In this document: positions 9,503 to 20,698 of the stretch, piece after piece
How the letters are laid out: every line of letters starts with the position of its first letter
How positions within the stretch are numbered: position 1 is the first letter of the stretch
NCBI RefSeq assembly: GCF_963921235.1
Contig: NC_086102.1
Location: 44,144,001-44,208,000, forward strand
Source of the DNA: Mobula hypostoma
Taxonomy: Eukaryota
Length of the DNA: 64,000 nucleotides
Reading direction: 5' to 3'
Translations under genes and position numbers: made by a program
Notes under the pieces: generated by a model
What the model was told of the DNA's origin: nothing
Databases searched by the model: none
The model's input: the letters and a program-made list of their open reading frames with translations, nothing else

Positions 9503-11695
9503 AGTCCTTGATAAGATGACTAAAATCCAGTTTCCAAACAAGATTACTTTCCAGTGACATCAAAGTAAGATGATTCAGCCTGTCCTGTCCCATTGTGGAT
9601 CTGAGCCTATTCTTCACTAGCTTGAGCTTGGAGAAAGATCGGTCACCACTTGCATTTGTGACAGGGAGAGTCAGGTAAAGCCTCAAAGCAATGCTTACAT
9701 TAGGGAAGATGACCCGCAAGTTGTTTTTTTTTCTCTGAAGAAGCATAAAAGCTCTGTTGCAGATGAAATATCTTTGCCACTTACAAATTCCCTGAAATGG
9801 ATAATCTCCTCCACAAAGTCTAACTGCAGGTCAGCTAAATATCTGCTTTGGAGATCAGATGCTCCCTTGTGCAGATCTTGTACAGAGAGAGAAGGGATAT
9901 TGTTTGGGATGCCAAATGTATTGTTAAGGTCATTATATGATGCAAATCTGCAATCAATTTTTGCAAGTAATCTATCCATCATGACCAAAAAAAAGTAGCT
10001 GAGAATTTTTCTCTGGCTGGCAAGCCAACATCAGGTGTTGTGGATTCATCCAGAAAGATTTTAAGTTTTCTTTGTCATTGGGTGTCTTCTTTGTACACTT
10101 GTGAGACTGTTGGAGACATAGTTTTAGCTTGGGTCTCAAAAGTATCAAATTGATCATGCAATCTTGCTATGCATCCCCGTAGTGATCTCACCAAATCCAC
10201 AGCATTACACAGGTCTAGATTTACAGCTTGCAATGCAACACTTGCACTTTCAAAGCGCTGAAGAATGCAATGCCACAATTTGCTCAGAAAAGCTATCTCA
10301 AGCTTGTCCAATTTTTTGATAATGAACTTGCTTCATTTCTAGTTGCCACATTCTGATTAATGTCATCTGCAATGCTCTTTAACGAATCTTGAATATTGGC
10401 ATGATTTCCACACAATGCCTGTGTGGCTTCTGCATGTGCTGCCCATCTAGTATTAGAGACAGACTTCAGAGTTTCAGTGCGCTTGTTCACATTGGGCTGA
10501 AGTCCTGCGGTCACCACCTTCCACCTAGAAGTTGACTTGGAGCAGAAGTTGAACACATTCTGCACGAAGCTGAAAAAAAATCAGCTGTTGTAACACAACA
10601 GTTGACACTGTTGATTCCAACAAGATTCAGTGTGTGTGCTGCACATGGAACCCACTCAGCGAGTGGATTGATTTCCTTGATGCGGGATTGTAAGCCTTTG
10701 TATGCACCGGACATCTGTGCAGCATTGTCATAGCACAGCCCCCTGCAGTTGCTTATGTCAATATTCACCTCTCCTAAAACTTTGAGCAGAGACTCTCGAT
10801 GAGTAGAAATCGTAAGAATCGCTCCTGAATGTTTCCATCAGTTGACACATAACGTAAAATGAATGTGAGCTGATCTACGTATGCAACATCTGTGCTTGAA
10901 TCGATGCTAATAGAAAAGTTTTTGGCTAGTTTGACTTCACTTGACGATCTCTGACAGAACTCGATCGCTCTTGAGCTCAATAAACGCCTCACATGTTTTA
11001 GGTGAAGGATATGGAGGGGTGCCTGATCCTGCATTTCCAAATTTCTGTATGTGCGCCTTCAAAAACGGGTCAAGCTCACTTATTACCTCTAGAATGCCCA
11101 TCATGTGGTTGCTGTTACCAGGCCTGCCAAATATGTCACTGAAGCCTCGGATAGCCAGTCTCCTCTCGACCAAAAACTTCACAACCGCCACCACTCTTCT
11201 CAATACGTCGGTCCAGTAGATACACTTTGACTCGAACTGTTTTTGTAGTTCTGTATCTATCCTCCCGCTGTCAAACGCTAGTGTAACGTAGGTCAGTATC
11301 GTTTTCCTGTGGTGTTTGCTATTTTCATGCTCTCCTATGTGCTCAGCGGCACGTTTCCAGTTGCTAAAGCCAGTTTCGAAGATAGACTGACAGTTCCCAT
11401 CACTGAAGATGCAGTGTGCAAAACAAAACTCACAGCCGGTGGAAGGGGAATATAGGAGCCATTGACTTGATATGTAGTGGCCTTTTACGAGCTTGTGTTT
11501 GAAGTGAAATTTGGAGAAAAAATTTCTCTGCTGTTTGTATACTCGTTCTGAAGTTTTGATATCCACATCCTTATTTGGGCAGGTCTTTGGCACTTTCTTA
11601 GCCCAGTACGCTCGGACTGAATCATCTAACATTTCCTTTCCCCAGTGAGCAGGATCAGTGCTGTAAGGATCCTCAGTAGTGGTAACATTAACATC

Positions 11696-12140
11696 CTCCT
11701 TCCTTGCCTCCCACAGTAGCCTAGGGTACATCTCATCTGGTCCCGGTGACACATCCAACTTGATGCTTTCCAAAAGCTCCAGCATATCCTGTTTCTTAAT
11801 ACCTACATGCTCAAGCTTTTCAGTCCACTTTAAGTCATCCCTACAATCGCCAAGGTCCTTTTCCATAGTGAATACTGAAGCAAATTACTTATTAAGTACC
11901 TCGGCTATCTCCTCTGGTTCCATTTACACTTTTCCACTGTCGCACTTGATTGGTCCTATTCTCTCATGTCTTATCCTCTTGCTCTTCATGTACTTGTAGA
12001 ATGCCTTGGGATTTTCCTTAATCATGTCCACCAAGGCTTCTCATGGCCCCTCCTGGTTCTCCTAATTTCTTTCTTAAGCTCCTTCCTGCTAGCCTTATAA
12101 ACTTCTAGATCTCTATCATTACCTAGTTTGTTGAACCTCT
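11696..12140 (-). mobile_element. CR1 fragment interrupting the hAT 5' region
   Basis: IKLDVSPGPDEMYPRLLWEAR is the CR1 RT N-terminal motif. Confidence 0.75.
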
Positions 12141-12189
12141 TGTAGGTTCTTCTCTTGTACACTTGCCACAAAGGGAGAGGGACAGAAGA

Positions 12190-12700
12190 AGGGAAATTCT
12201 AGGCTAGTTACCAGTCTGACATTAGTGGTTGGGTAGCGGTTGGTGTCAATTATTAAGGATGTGGTTTCAGGGTACTTGGAGGCACATGATAAAATAGGGT
12301 GTAGCCAGAATGGTTTCCTCATAGTAAAATCTTGCCTACCCATCTCTTGAAATTCTTTGAAGAAATAACAAGCAGAATAGATAAAAGGAGAATAGGTTGA
12401 TGTTGTGTACTTCGATTTTCAGAAGGCTTTTGACGAGGTGACACACATGAGGTTGCTTAACAAATTAAGAGCCCATGGTAGTGCAGGAAAGATGGACTAG
12501 CATCAATTAAGCAGTGGCTCATTGGCAGGAAGCAAAGAATGGGAATAAGGGAACCTTTTCTGATTGGTGGCCAGCGACTAGAGGTGTTCTGAGAGGGAGT
12601 GTGTGTTTTGGGACTGATTCTTTTGACATTATATGTCAATGACTTGGATAACAGAACGGATGGTTTTGTTGCAAAGTTCATTGGTGATTACAAAGATACA
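12190..12700 (+). mobile_element. CR1 RT fragment
   Basis: DFQKAFDEV...LFLTLYVNDLDN...VAKF, degenerate. Confidence 0.7.
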
Positions 12701-12714
12701 GTAGATGGAGGGAC

Positions 12715-13904
12715 TGTCATGGTCCGGTCCGTGATGTCCGCATTCTGGTTCATGGTCCGGTCCATCGACCCTTGCTCCAGGTTTTCCTGTCTACCCTGTT
12801 TCTTTTCTTGTTGAGCTCTAATTGAGGCAGCTGATGCTAGTTGGGGCTGGCTGCATAAATACCTCCAGAGACCAGGGCATGGCTGCTGGATTGTTCTTGT
12901 CCTTACTCCTTGTATCCCTTCCCCTGCCTTCTGTTTCCTGGCCTGAAGCCCTGCCTTGTCTTGCCGGTAACTCTCGCCTCGCCTGAAGTTTTGTCTTGCC
13001 TTGCATTGCCTGAAGCCTTGCCTTGTCTTGCTGTCTTGTCCTGGAGTCATCCCGTACCTAGCTCCCTTCCTGTCCCTTGCCTCCGCCAGGTAAGTCAGGC
13101 CGTCTTGCCATTACCCTGCTGTTGGTTCTGTCCCTTCCTGTTCCTAGCCTCTGTCAGGTAAGTCAGGCCGTATTGCCGTTACCTACAGTGGGTTCTGTCC
13201 CTTCCTAACCTTTGCCTCCGTCAGGTAAGCCAGGCCGTCTTGCCGTTACCTGCGGTTGGTTCCATCCCTTCCCTCCATCGGGTGGAGTTCTGCGCCCTGC
13301 CCAGGAGTTCCGCACCCTGCCCAGGAGTTCCATGCCCTGCCCAGGAGGAGCCTCCAGCCTCCTGCCAAGCCTCGCCTGAAGTCTCTAGCCTCTAGCCTGA
13401 AGACTCCACCCTCCTGCCTCCTGCCAAGCCTCGCTTCGTCTCTAGCCTCTAGACTCTAGCCTGAAGACTATAGCCTCCTGCCAAGCCTCGCCTCTAGTCT
13501 CTAGCCTGTAGCCTGAAGACTCCAGCCTTCTGCCTCCTGCCAAGCCTCGCCTCAAGTCTCTAGCCTCTAGCCTGAAGACTCTAGCCTCCTGCCTCCTGCC
13601 AAGCCTCACCTCTAGTCTCTAGCCTCAAGCCTGAAGACTCCAGCCTCATCCTGCCTGCCAGCCAAGCCTTGTCCTTGCCTAGTTCTGGGGTCCGAGCCAG
13701 AGACAAGACCCAGGTACTGGGTCCTTGTCCAGTCTCTGGCTCGGGGTCCAAGCCCGGGCTCCTAGCTCTCTTGTCCAGTCCTGTTCTGGGTTCCTGGTTT
13801 TCGTGTCCACGTCCTTGCCCTCACCCTGTATCCTAGTCCTGTCCCTAGTACTTCAGTGTCTGTGTCTTGCACTTGGGTCCGTTCCTAGCCACCTCCTTAT
13901 GACG
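12715..13904 (+). mobile_element. Solo-LTR-like element rich in internal tandem repeats
   Basis: Starts TGTCAT and ends ATGACG(A); flanked by (G/A)GGAC direct repeats; TATA-like CATAAATA near 12855; ~68-bp x3 repeats and CTAGC/CTGCC-rich arrays. Confidence 0.55.
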
Positions 13905-13914
13905 AGGACTGAAC

Positions 13915-16270
13915 CAAGGATGTAATGTTGAGTCTTTATAAAGCAATGGTGAGGCCTCATTTGGAGTATTGTGAGCAGTTTTGGGCCCCTTATAAGACCC
14001 CAAGACATAGGGGCAGAATTAGGCCTTTCAGCCCATCAAGTCTGCTCCACCATTGCATCATGGCTGATCGTGGATCTCACTCAATCCCACACACCTGCCT
14101 TCTTGCTATATTCTTTGATGCCCTGGATGACTAGGAAATGATCAACTTCTGCCTTAAATATACGAATGGACTTGGCTTCCACCGCAGTCTGTGGCAGAGC
14201 ATTCCACAGATTTACTACTCCCTGGCTAAAAGAATTTCAACTTTCCTCTTTCTAAAGGCTCAACCCTTAATTTTGAGGCTGTACCCTCTAATTGAGGATA
14301 CCCCACCATAGAAAGCATCCTCTCCACATCCACCCTATCTGGTCCTTTCAACATTTTGTGAGTTTTAATGAGATTCCCCTGCATTCTTCTAATTTTCGGT
14401 GAGTACAGACCCAAAGTTGCCAAATGCTCCTCCTTATCAAATGCCTTCTGAAAATCCAAGTAAATGACATCCACTGCCTCTTCCTTGTCCACCCTGCTTG
14501 CTACTCCCTTGAATAACTCTAACAGATTTGTCAGGTAAGATTTCCCTTCACAGAAACCATGCTGAGTTTGACTTATTTTATCATTAGTCTCCAAGTACCC
14601 TGAAACTTCATCCTTATTAGTAGACTCCAGCACTTTTCCAACCACTGAAGTTAGGCTAACTGACCTATAATTTCCTCTTTTTTTTGCCTTCCTCCCTTCT
14701 TAAGAGTGAAATAACATTTGCAATCTTCTGGGACCATCCAGAATCAGGCGATTCTTGGAAGATCATGACAAATGGATCTATTATCAACCTGTCTCAGGAA
14801 GGATGTGCTGACACTGGAGTGGGTTCGTAGGAGTTCATCATAGGAAAATGATTCCAGGATTGAAGGACTTGTTGAAAGGGCTGCAGAGAGTGGATGTGGA
14901 GAGGATGTTTCTAATGGTAGGAGAGTCTAGGACCAGAGGACCAGAGACCGCAGCCTCAGAATAGAGGCTTTCATAATGGAGATGAAGAGGAATTTCTTTA
15001 GTTAGAGTGGTAAATCTGTGGAATTTGTTGTCACAGGTGGCTGTGGAGGCCAAGTCATTTCATACATTTAAGGCAGAGTTTGATAGATTCTTGAACGGCT
15101 GGGGCAGGAGCGGAGATGGAGAGAAGGCAGGAGATTGGGGCTGAGAGGGAAAATGGATCAGCCATAATGAACTAGCAGAGCAGACTTGATGGGCCAAATG
15201 ACTCAATTATACTCCTATGGTCAGTCAGGTATTTGGCACTGTGGCTGAGAAGGGAAGGGAGGAAAAGAGTGAGCTGTAATGATAGTAGTTTCATTGGTTT
15301 GGGGAACAGACAGATGGATCTGTGGATGAGGATGAGATTCCTGCACTGTGTGGTGCCACAACAACAACCACTCACTGAATTTCACAAGACCAAAGAGCTG
15401 ATTATTGACTACAGGTGGGTGAAACTGCAAGTCCATAAGCCAGTCCTCTTTAGGAGATCAGAGGTGGAGAGTGTCAGCAGCTTTAAATTCCTCCATGTTA
15501 CCATTTCAGAGAATCTGTTCTGGGTCCTGCGTGTAAGCAATAAGCAAATTTGCGATGACAACAAAATGGGGGTGTAGTCGACGGTGAGGAAGACTATTAA
15601 AGCTTGGAATGGGAACTGGACCAGATGACAAAAATTGGCTGAAAACTGGCAGTGTGAGGTGGTGCATTTTGGTAGGACAAACCTGGCTTGGATTTACACG
15701 GTAGAGCACTGAGGAGTGCGGTAGAACAGAGAGGTATAGTGGAATATAAATCCATAATTCTGAGAAAGTAGCATCACAGATAGAGCTGTTAAGAAAGGTT
15801 TTGGCACATTGGCCTTCATACTCCAGTATTGAGTACAGGAGTTGGGAACGATATGAAGTTGTATATGATGTTGGTAAGGCCTAATTTGGAGTACAGTGTG
15901 CATTTCTGGTCACCTGTCAATAAGAATGAAGGAGTGCCAAGAAAATTTACAACAATGGTGCCAGGACTTGAGGACTTGAGTTATAGGGAAAGGTTGAATA
16001 GGTTAGGATTTTAGTCCATAGAGCACAGAAGACTGAGGGGAGATTTGATTGAGGTATACAAAATTCTGAGCGGTAGTTGCAAGCAGGCTTTCTCCACTGA
16101 GAATGGGTGAGACCAGAACTAGAGGTCATGGGTTAAGATGAAAGGTGAAATGTTTAAAGGGAACATAAGGGGTTATTTCTTCACTCAGAGGGTGGTGAGA
16201 GCGTGGTATGAGCTGTCAGCAGAAATTGTGGTTGCAGATTTGATTTTAACGTTTAAGAGAAATTTGATAG
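13915..16270. mobile_element. Mosaic of CR1 3' fragments in both orientations plus a Rex/Babar scrap
   Basis: [21 protein letters not shown] (minus 14226-14645), RPNLEYSVHFWSP motifs. Confidence 0.65.
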
Positions 16271-17659
16271 GTGCATGGAGAGAAGTTACCATTGGAAAAT
16301 TAATGTATGCTTGAATTTATTTTCCTACAATCAGTGTTCTTTAAACCATCTGCACAGCAGACTTCAGTTTAATATATATGCTACTGTGGATTATATTCTA
16401 TAAAGGAAAATTACTGTATTTCCAGCAAGACTAGTCTTGGGGTACTTAAATTGTATTTAACCAAACATAATTTGTCATAAATATCCATGCAGATCATACT
16501 GTCACTTTGCTAGAGTGCTATTATAGTCTTATCAGTGTATATTTGGAATATAATGAAACATAATATTTAGTTAAAACAATTAAAACCAGAATTTAACTTG
16601 TGAAAAAATGTAAGTTGCCACACAGTTTACATGTGGTCTACTTGTGGTCAAGTAACTGCAATACAGCTGTAGTTTGAGATGAAACGTTCGATTTGTAGTG
16701 GAAAATCTAAATTGCACAATTAAAGTGAATATATGGGTGCAGTTATAAAGTACTGAGTAACTAATGATGCACCATGGAAATATTTGCAGAAACTTGGTCA
16801 TGGAGGGACATCAGATCATTGCTAGACTTTTTAAAATGCATTTGATTTCACATGATCTCTAGCCACTGTTAATTCCCTCCCCATGAGAGCAGCTAATAAT
16901 GATATTGAATGAATTGATGATAATTGTTTAGAATGATCATTTCCTTTTTTTAAAAACTGAATCTATTTTGGACTTTGCAATCCACAAGTTATTCCTTCAG
17001 GTTTACTTAGAATAAGTATACACTACAAGAAATTCAAGTACATCATTAATATTTAATCTGAAATGTTCCTTCCCCAAATGACAAATATTTTTAGCATTTA
17101 AAATGTTTAAAATCTGGAATGTTTTACTTTTCAATTACTATTGAAAGACACTACTAAACTCTAGAACATTCAGATTTTATGACATTTCCAATGCTTGTTT
17201 CATAGTGTACTGCATGAATTATACTGAACCACATTTAGCACATTTCATTAATAAACAAAATGTAATTTGCATCAGATGAACTGATTAATTTTAATTCCAA
17301 CATCTGGTTTTGATATTGTGTTTTACTTTTGAAAAAACCTCACAGTTCCTATCAGTGCTTTTTAAGATTAGAGATAACCCTAGAAGCAATGCAAGTATGG
17401 GTCAAAAATATGTGATTGTCATACACATGCAAAAATAGGTCAGTGACAATCTAATTTATTTTAAGATGCTCAGATCACTTGAAAACAAAACTGCAAAAAA
17501 ATAAAGAAGCCATCTATGCCAGGTCTTTTGTCTCTCAGTTATTCTATTAGAAAAATGGCCAGATTTAAAAAAAATTGCAGCAGCAAGAATTTCAGTTTGC
17601 ATTAAAGGTTGTTAGATTATTGAAGGAGAATGATGATAATCTGTCTACTCTATTTGCAG

Positions 17660-17752
17660 ATGACTATCTTATCCCGTTTATCCTACGTGCTGTCATCATC
17701 ACCGTGGGAACTAGTTTATTATTGCTGGTAGTGATTGCGTTCAGCTTTGTTG
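17660..17752 (+). CDS. Transmembrane exon of the Ig gene
   Basis: TATTTGCAG|ATGAC...GTTG|GTAAGT; 93 nt, phase 1-1, in frame with exon 1-292: (D)DYLIPFILRAVIITVGTSLLLLVVIAFSFV. Confidence 0.75.
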
Positions 17753-17995
17753 GTAAGTTGCAATGAATGAAATTCTTTAGAAGCTATATTAGGGATTATT
17801 CTGGAGTTATGAAATTATATGAATATAGCAGTTTAATTCAAGCAAGAAACAGTCTTCAGTTCTTAATGTAAACAAACCTGTAATTAAAAGGACGGTTTTG
17901 CAAACAAACAATATGTTTGGCTGCTGAAAGATATGGCTTACAAAGTGAAGTGACCATGAGTTCTGGTTTGCATCAGCCAAACACAAAACAATGGG

Positions 17996-18687
17996 AAATA
18001 AACTCTTGGGCTTCCAGCCAGGTACAAGTATCAATTTTAGCCGATGTTTCAATGACAAACTCTGCCATTTTCATCAGGGATGATGCCTAGGCATGTCTAG
18101 TCTGGTGGTATTTATACCCCCGCGGTCTGTCCCTCCTGATTGGTTAGACCTCACCCAATCAGGTTTCTGCTGTCCCGCCTTGTTTACAATCAAATTCTAG
18201 TTCTTACTTATCAAGACCTTCATCTTTGATAAAATTCTTTTTCTCTAGTTTTATTTCAATTACTTCCTTCACCAGGAGGTCCCCAAAGCCATTTGTGCAG
18301 CACAGCAGTTTTGTGCCATCGGAGTCAATTCCATGGCTGTTGTGAATGCAATGTTTTGCTACCACTGATTTCTTTGTGTAACCCAAACAGATACAACTTC
18401 TATGCTCTTTGATTTGGGTTTCCACCGTGTGTCTCATCACATTGAAATTAGATTAGTAAGAACTGGAACTTAACTGTAAACGAGGTGGGACAGCAGAAAC
18501 CTGATTGGATGAGAACTAACTAATCAGGAAGGACGGACTGTGGGGGTATGTATACCACTGAACTGGACATGCCTAGGCATCATCACTGATGAAGATGGCA
18601 GAGTTTGTCATCAAAATGTTGGTTAAAGTTAACCTGAGAAGAGTTTATTTGTCATGTATGCAGGGAAATCACTCGATTCTTTTTCAT
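17996..18687. mobile_element. Penelope-like element: GIY-YIG C-terminal fragment between inverted pseudo-LTRs
   Basis: Minus ORF ETQIKEHRSCI...SVVAKHCIHNSHGID...LVKEVIEI; 18004-18226 inverted versus 18452-18660; ~11-bp TSD AAAAC(A/C)ATGGG (17985-17995, 18688-18698). Confidence 0.8.
18043..18077 (-). ncRNA. Hammerhead ribozyme core, second family (7-bp stem II)
   Basis: Minus strand CTGATGA-A-AATGGCA(GAGTT)TGTCATT-GAAAC-ATC; decayed copies at 6584-6618 and 18586-18620. Confidence 0.55.
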
Positions 18688-19019
18688 AAAACCATGGGGT
18701 TATGCTAATTGGTCTGCATCAAACCAGACAACACTGGTTAAGCTACTTACAGCGTGGTGACTGAGCTGAAGGGAGCTTGCAGAGCAGACTGAATTTGTCA
18801 CTGAGTGCATCAAACATAGGCACAGACACATCTGATCAATCTGTATTTGGTGTATTTCCTTACTTAAAGCCCTCACAGCTTAATTTTGGGTGCCTGGCAT
18901 CTCTCTCGCCAGAAGCTTTTACACTTTACTTTGTCCCAACCAACTCTGGCCTTTTACCTCTTCTCGTCTATCACCTCCCCCGGGCCCCTACTCCTCCCCT
19001 TCCCCTCCAGCCTTTACCA

Positions 19020-19750
19020 TTCAGAATATAGTATTAATGGTAAGACTCTTGGCAGTGTGGAGGGTCAGAGTCCACAGGACACTCAAGTTGCTGCGAAGGT
19101 TGACTCTGTGGTTAAGAAGGCGTACAGAGTATTGGCCTTCATCAACCGTGGGACTGACCTTAGGAGCCAAGAGGTAATGTTGCAGCTATATAGGACCCTG
19201 GTCAGACCCCACTTGAAGTACTGCGCTCAGTTTTGGTTGCCGCACTATAGGAAAGATGTGGAAAGCATAGAAAGGGTGCAGAGGTAACTTACTAGGATGT
19301 TGCTTGGATTGGGGAGCATGCGTTATGAGAATAGGCTGAATGAACTCGGTCTTTTCTTGGAGCGGTGGAGGATGAGAGGTGACCTGATAGAGGTGTATAA
19401 GGTGATGAGAAGCATTGATCATGTGGATAGTTAAGAGGCTTTTTCCCAGGGCTGAAATGGCTAGCACAAGAGGGCAGTTTTAAGGTGCTTGGAAGTAGGT
19501 ACAGAGGAGATGTCAGGGGCAAGATTTTCTATGCAGAGAGTGGTGACTGCGTGGAATGGGCTGCTGGTGATGGTGGTGGAGGCGGATACGATAGGATCTA
19601 TTAAGAGACTCCTGGACAGGTACATGGAGCTCAGAAAAATACAGGGCTATTAGTAACCCTAGGTAATTTCTACAGTAAGAACATGTTCAGCACAGCTTTG
19701 TGGGCCGAAGGGCCTGTGTTGTGCTGTAGGCTTTCTATATTTCTAAGTTT
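19020..19750 (+). mobile_element. CR1 3' fragment (same family as 8518-9000)
   Basis: KAYRVLAFINRG...RPHLKYCAQFW; shared tail CCCTAGGTAATTTCT...GGGCCGAAGGGCCTGT. Confidence 0.85.
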
Positions 19751-19754
19751 CCTA

Positions 19755-19945
19755 CCTACCCGGTTTCACCTATCCTCCTTTCCCACCCCCACCTTTTCAT
19801 TCTGGCGTCTGCCCCCTTCCTTTCCAGTCCTGAAGAAGGGTCTTGGCCCAAAATGCTGACACTATTAATTTCCCTAGATGCTGCCTGACCTGCTGAGTTC
19901 CTCCAGCATTTTGCGTGTTGTTTTGCATTTTCAGGACCTACAGAA
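19755..19945 (+). mobile_element. Penelope-type tail with decayed hammerhead
   Basis: CAGTCCTGAAGAAGGGTCTTGGCCCAAAATGC (GAAA core mutated) followed by the GATGCTGCCTGACCTGCTGAGTTCCTCCAGC tail. Confidence 0.65.
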
Positions 19946-20586
19946 TTTCTGTTTCCGGTATTTGAACATGAGAATATGCTTTCACAGTAGATATGTAACT
20001 CAAACTTAAAATAATGAAGTAAATGATGTCATTGTAACTATTGAAATTGGATTGAGTATCTATTGTTATTATTGATCTGAAGGACATAAAAATGTTATGT
20101 ACTTTGAATACGAGAGACTCTGCTGAGGGTCTCCAGGAGAATGCAAGCTTGTGAAGAATAAAGACCTTTATATCACCAGCTTCATTGTCTCTCTGGTCAC
20201 TCAGATCACAAGTTACAATAAAGATTTATACTCCATCTTAAATCAGTGAACCTTAATTTTGAGAGTGTGACTCCTGTTTCTAGACATCCCAGTCAGGGGA
20301 AATGTATTGAAATACTTACAAAGTTCAATAAATAAATGAGACCCCCTCTCAGTAAACCCACCCAGCTTAATCTCTCCTTTGAACAGTTGAAGAATCACTT
20401 TAGTACATCCTTTTTTGTGTAATGGTGTTCCATTTCGTTTTTCAAGATGAGCTATGGATTGTAGAGTTGTTTTCAATTACTCGTCTCATTTTAAATTGTT
20501 TTATATTTGTTTACATAATTAAATGTTGAGCTTTATTATTGCAATCCACAAATGTTATCCCAAAAGCTTTATTTTGATAAATGTAG

Positions 20587-20635
20587 ACTACATTCATCGG
20601 AATGGCCTACTCCTGCACCTATTTTCTATGTTTCT
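20587..20635 (+). mobile_element. 49-bp CR1 3'-tail insertion
   Basis: GAATGGCCTACTCCTGCACCTATTTTCTATGTTTCT is identical to the tail near 24940-24975; 10-bp TSD ATAAATGTAG (20577-20586, 20636-20645). Confidence 0.85.
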
Positions 20636-20645
20636 ATAAATGTAG

Positions 20646-20698
20646 GTAAATGTCAACAGGCAGGACATGCATCAATGTGGAATAAGCAGCATTACTGA
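20646..20698 (+). CDS. Candidate terminal (cytoplasmic) exon of the Ig gene
   Basis: AG acceptor at 20644-45; phase-1 join gives GKCQQAGHASMWNKQHY*; AATAAA at 20724-20729. Not validated. Confidence 0.35.

Larger units (their letters stand above)
9231..11695 (-). mobile_element. hAT-superfamily transposase pseudogene (ZMYM1/DUF4371-like)
   Basis: Frameshifted pieces: WLLYSPSTGCEFCFAHC...GFSNWK...HENSKHH, FSISIDSSTDVAYVDQL, CYDNAAQMSG, CAAHTLNL, TRWAAH, LPVTNASGDRSFSKLKLVKNRLRSTMGQDRLNHLTLMSLE; ends IKDFAVKKSRRTKL* at 9231. Confidence 0.85.

Noticed and set aside
10937-11866. 309-aa ORF as a CR1-hAT fusion protein
   Set aside because: Chance in-frame junction between a CR1 fragment and a frameshifted hAT fossil.
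13300-13680. CRISPR-like repeat array
   Set aside because: Degenerate adjacent tandem repeats without unique spacers, inside an LTR-like element of a eukaryote.
1-17752. Calling the Ig gene a TCR or Ig constant region, or giving it a symbol
   Set aside because: No hinge-Cys exon and no TCR-type CART (R...K) or Ig TM motif were found, no J segments or RSS lie in the window, and upstream exons are unseen.
19931-19960. Micro-exon TTTTCAG|GACC...CCG|GTAT
   Set aside because: Part of the repeated Penelope tail consensus, and the donor is weak.
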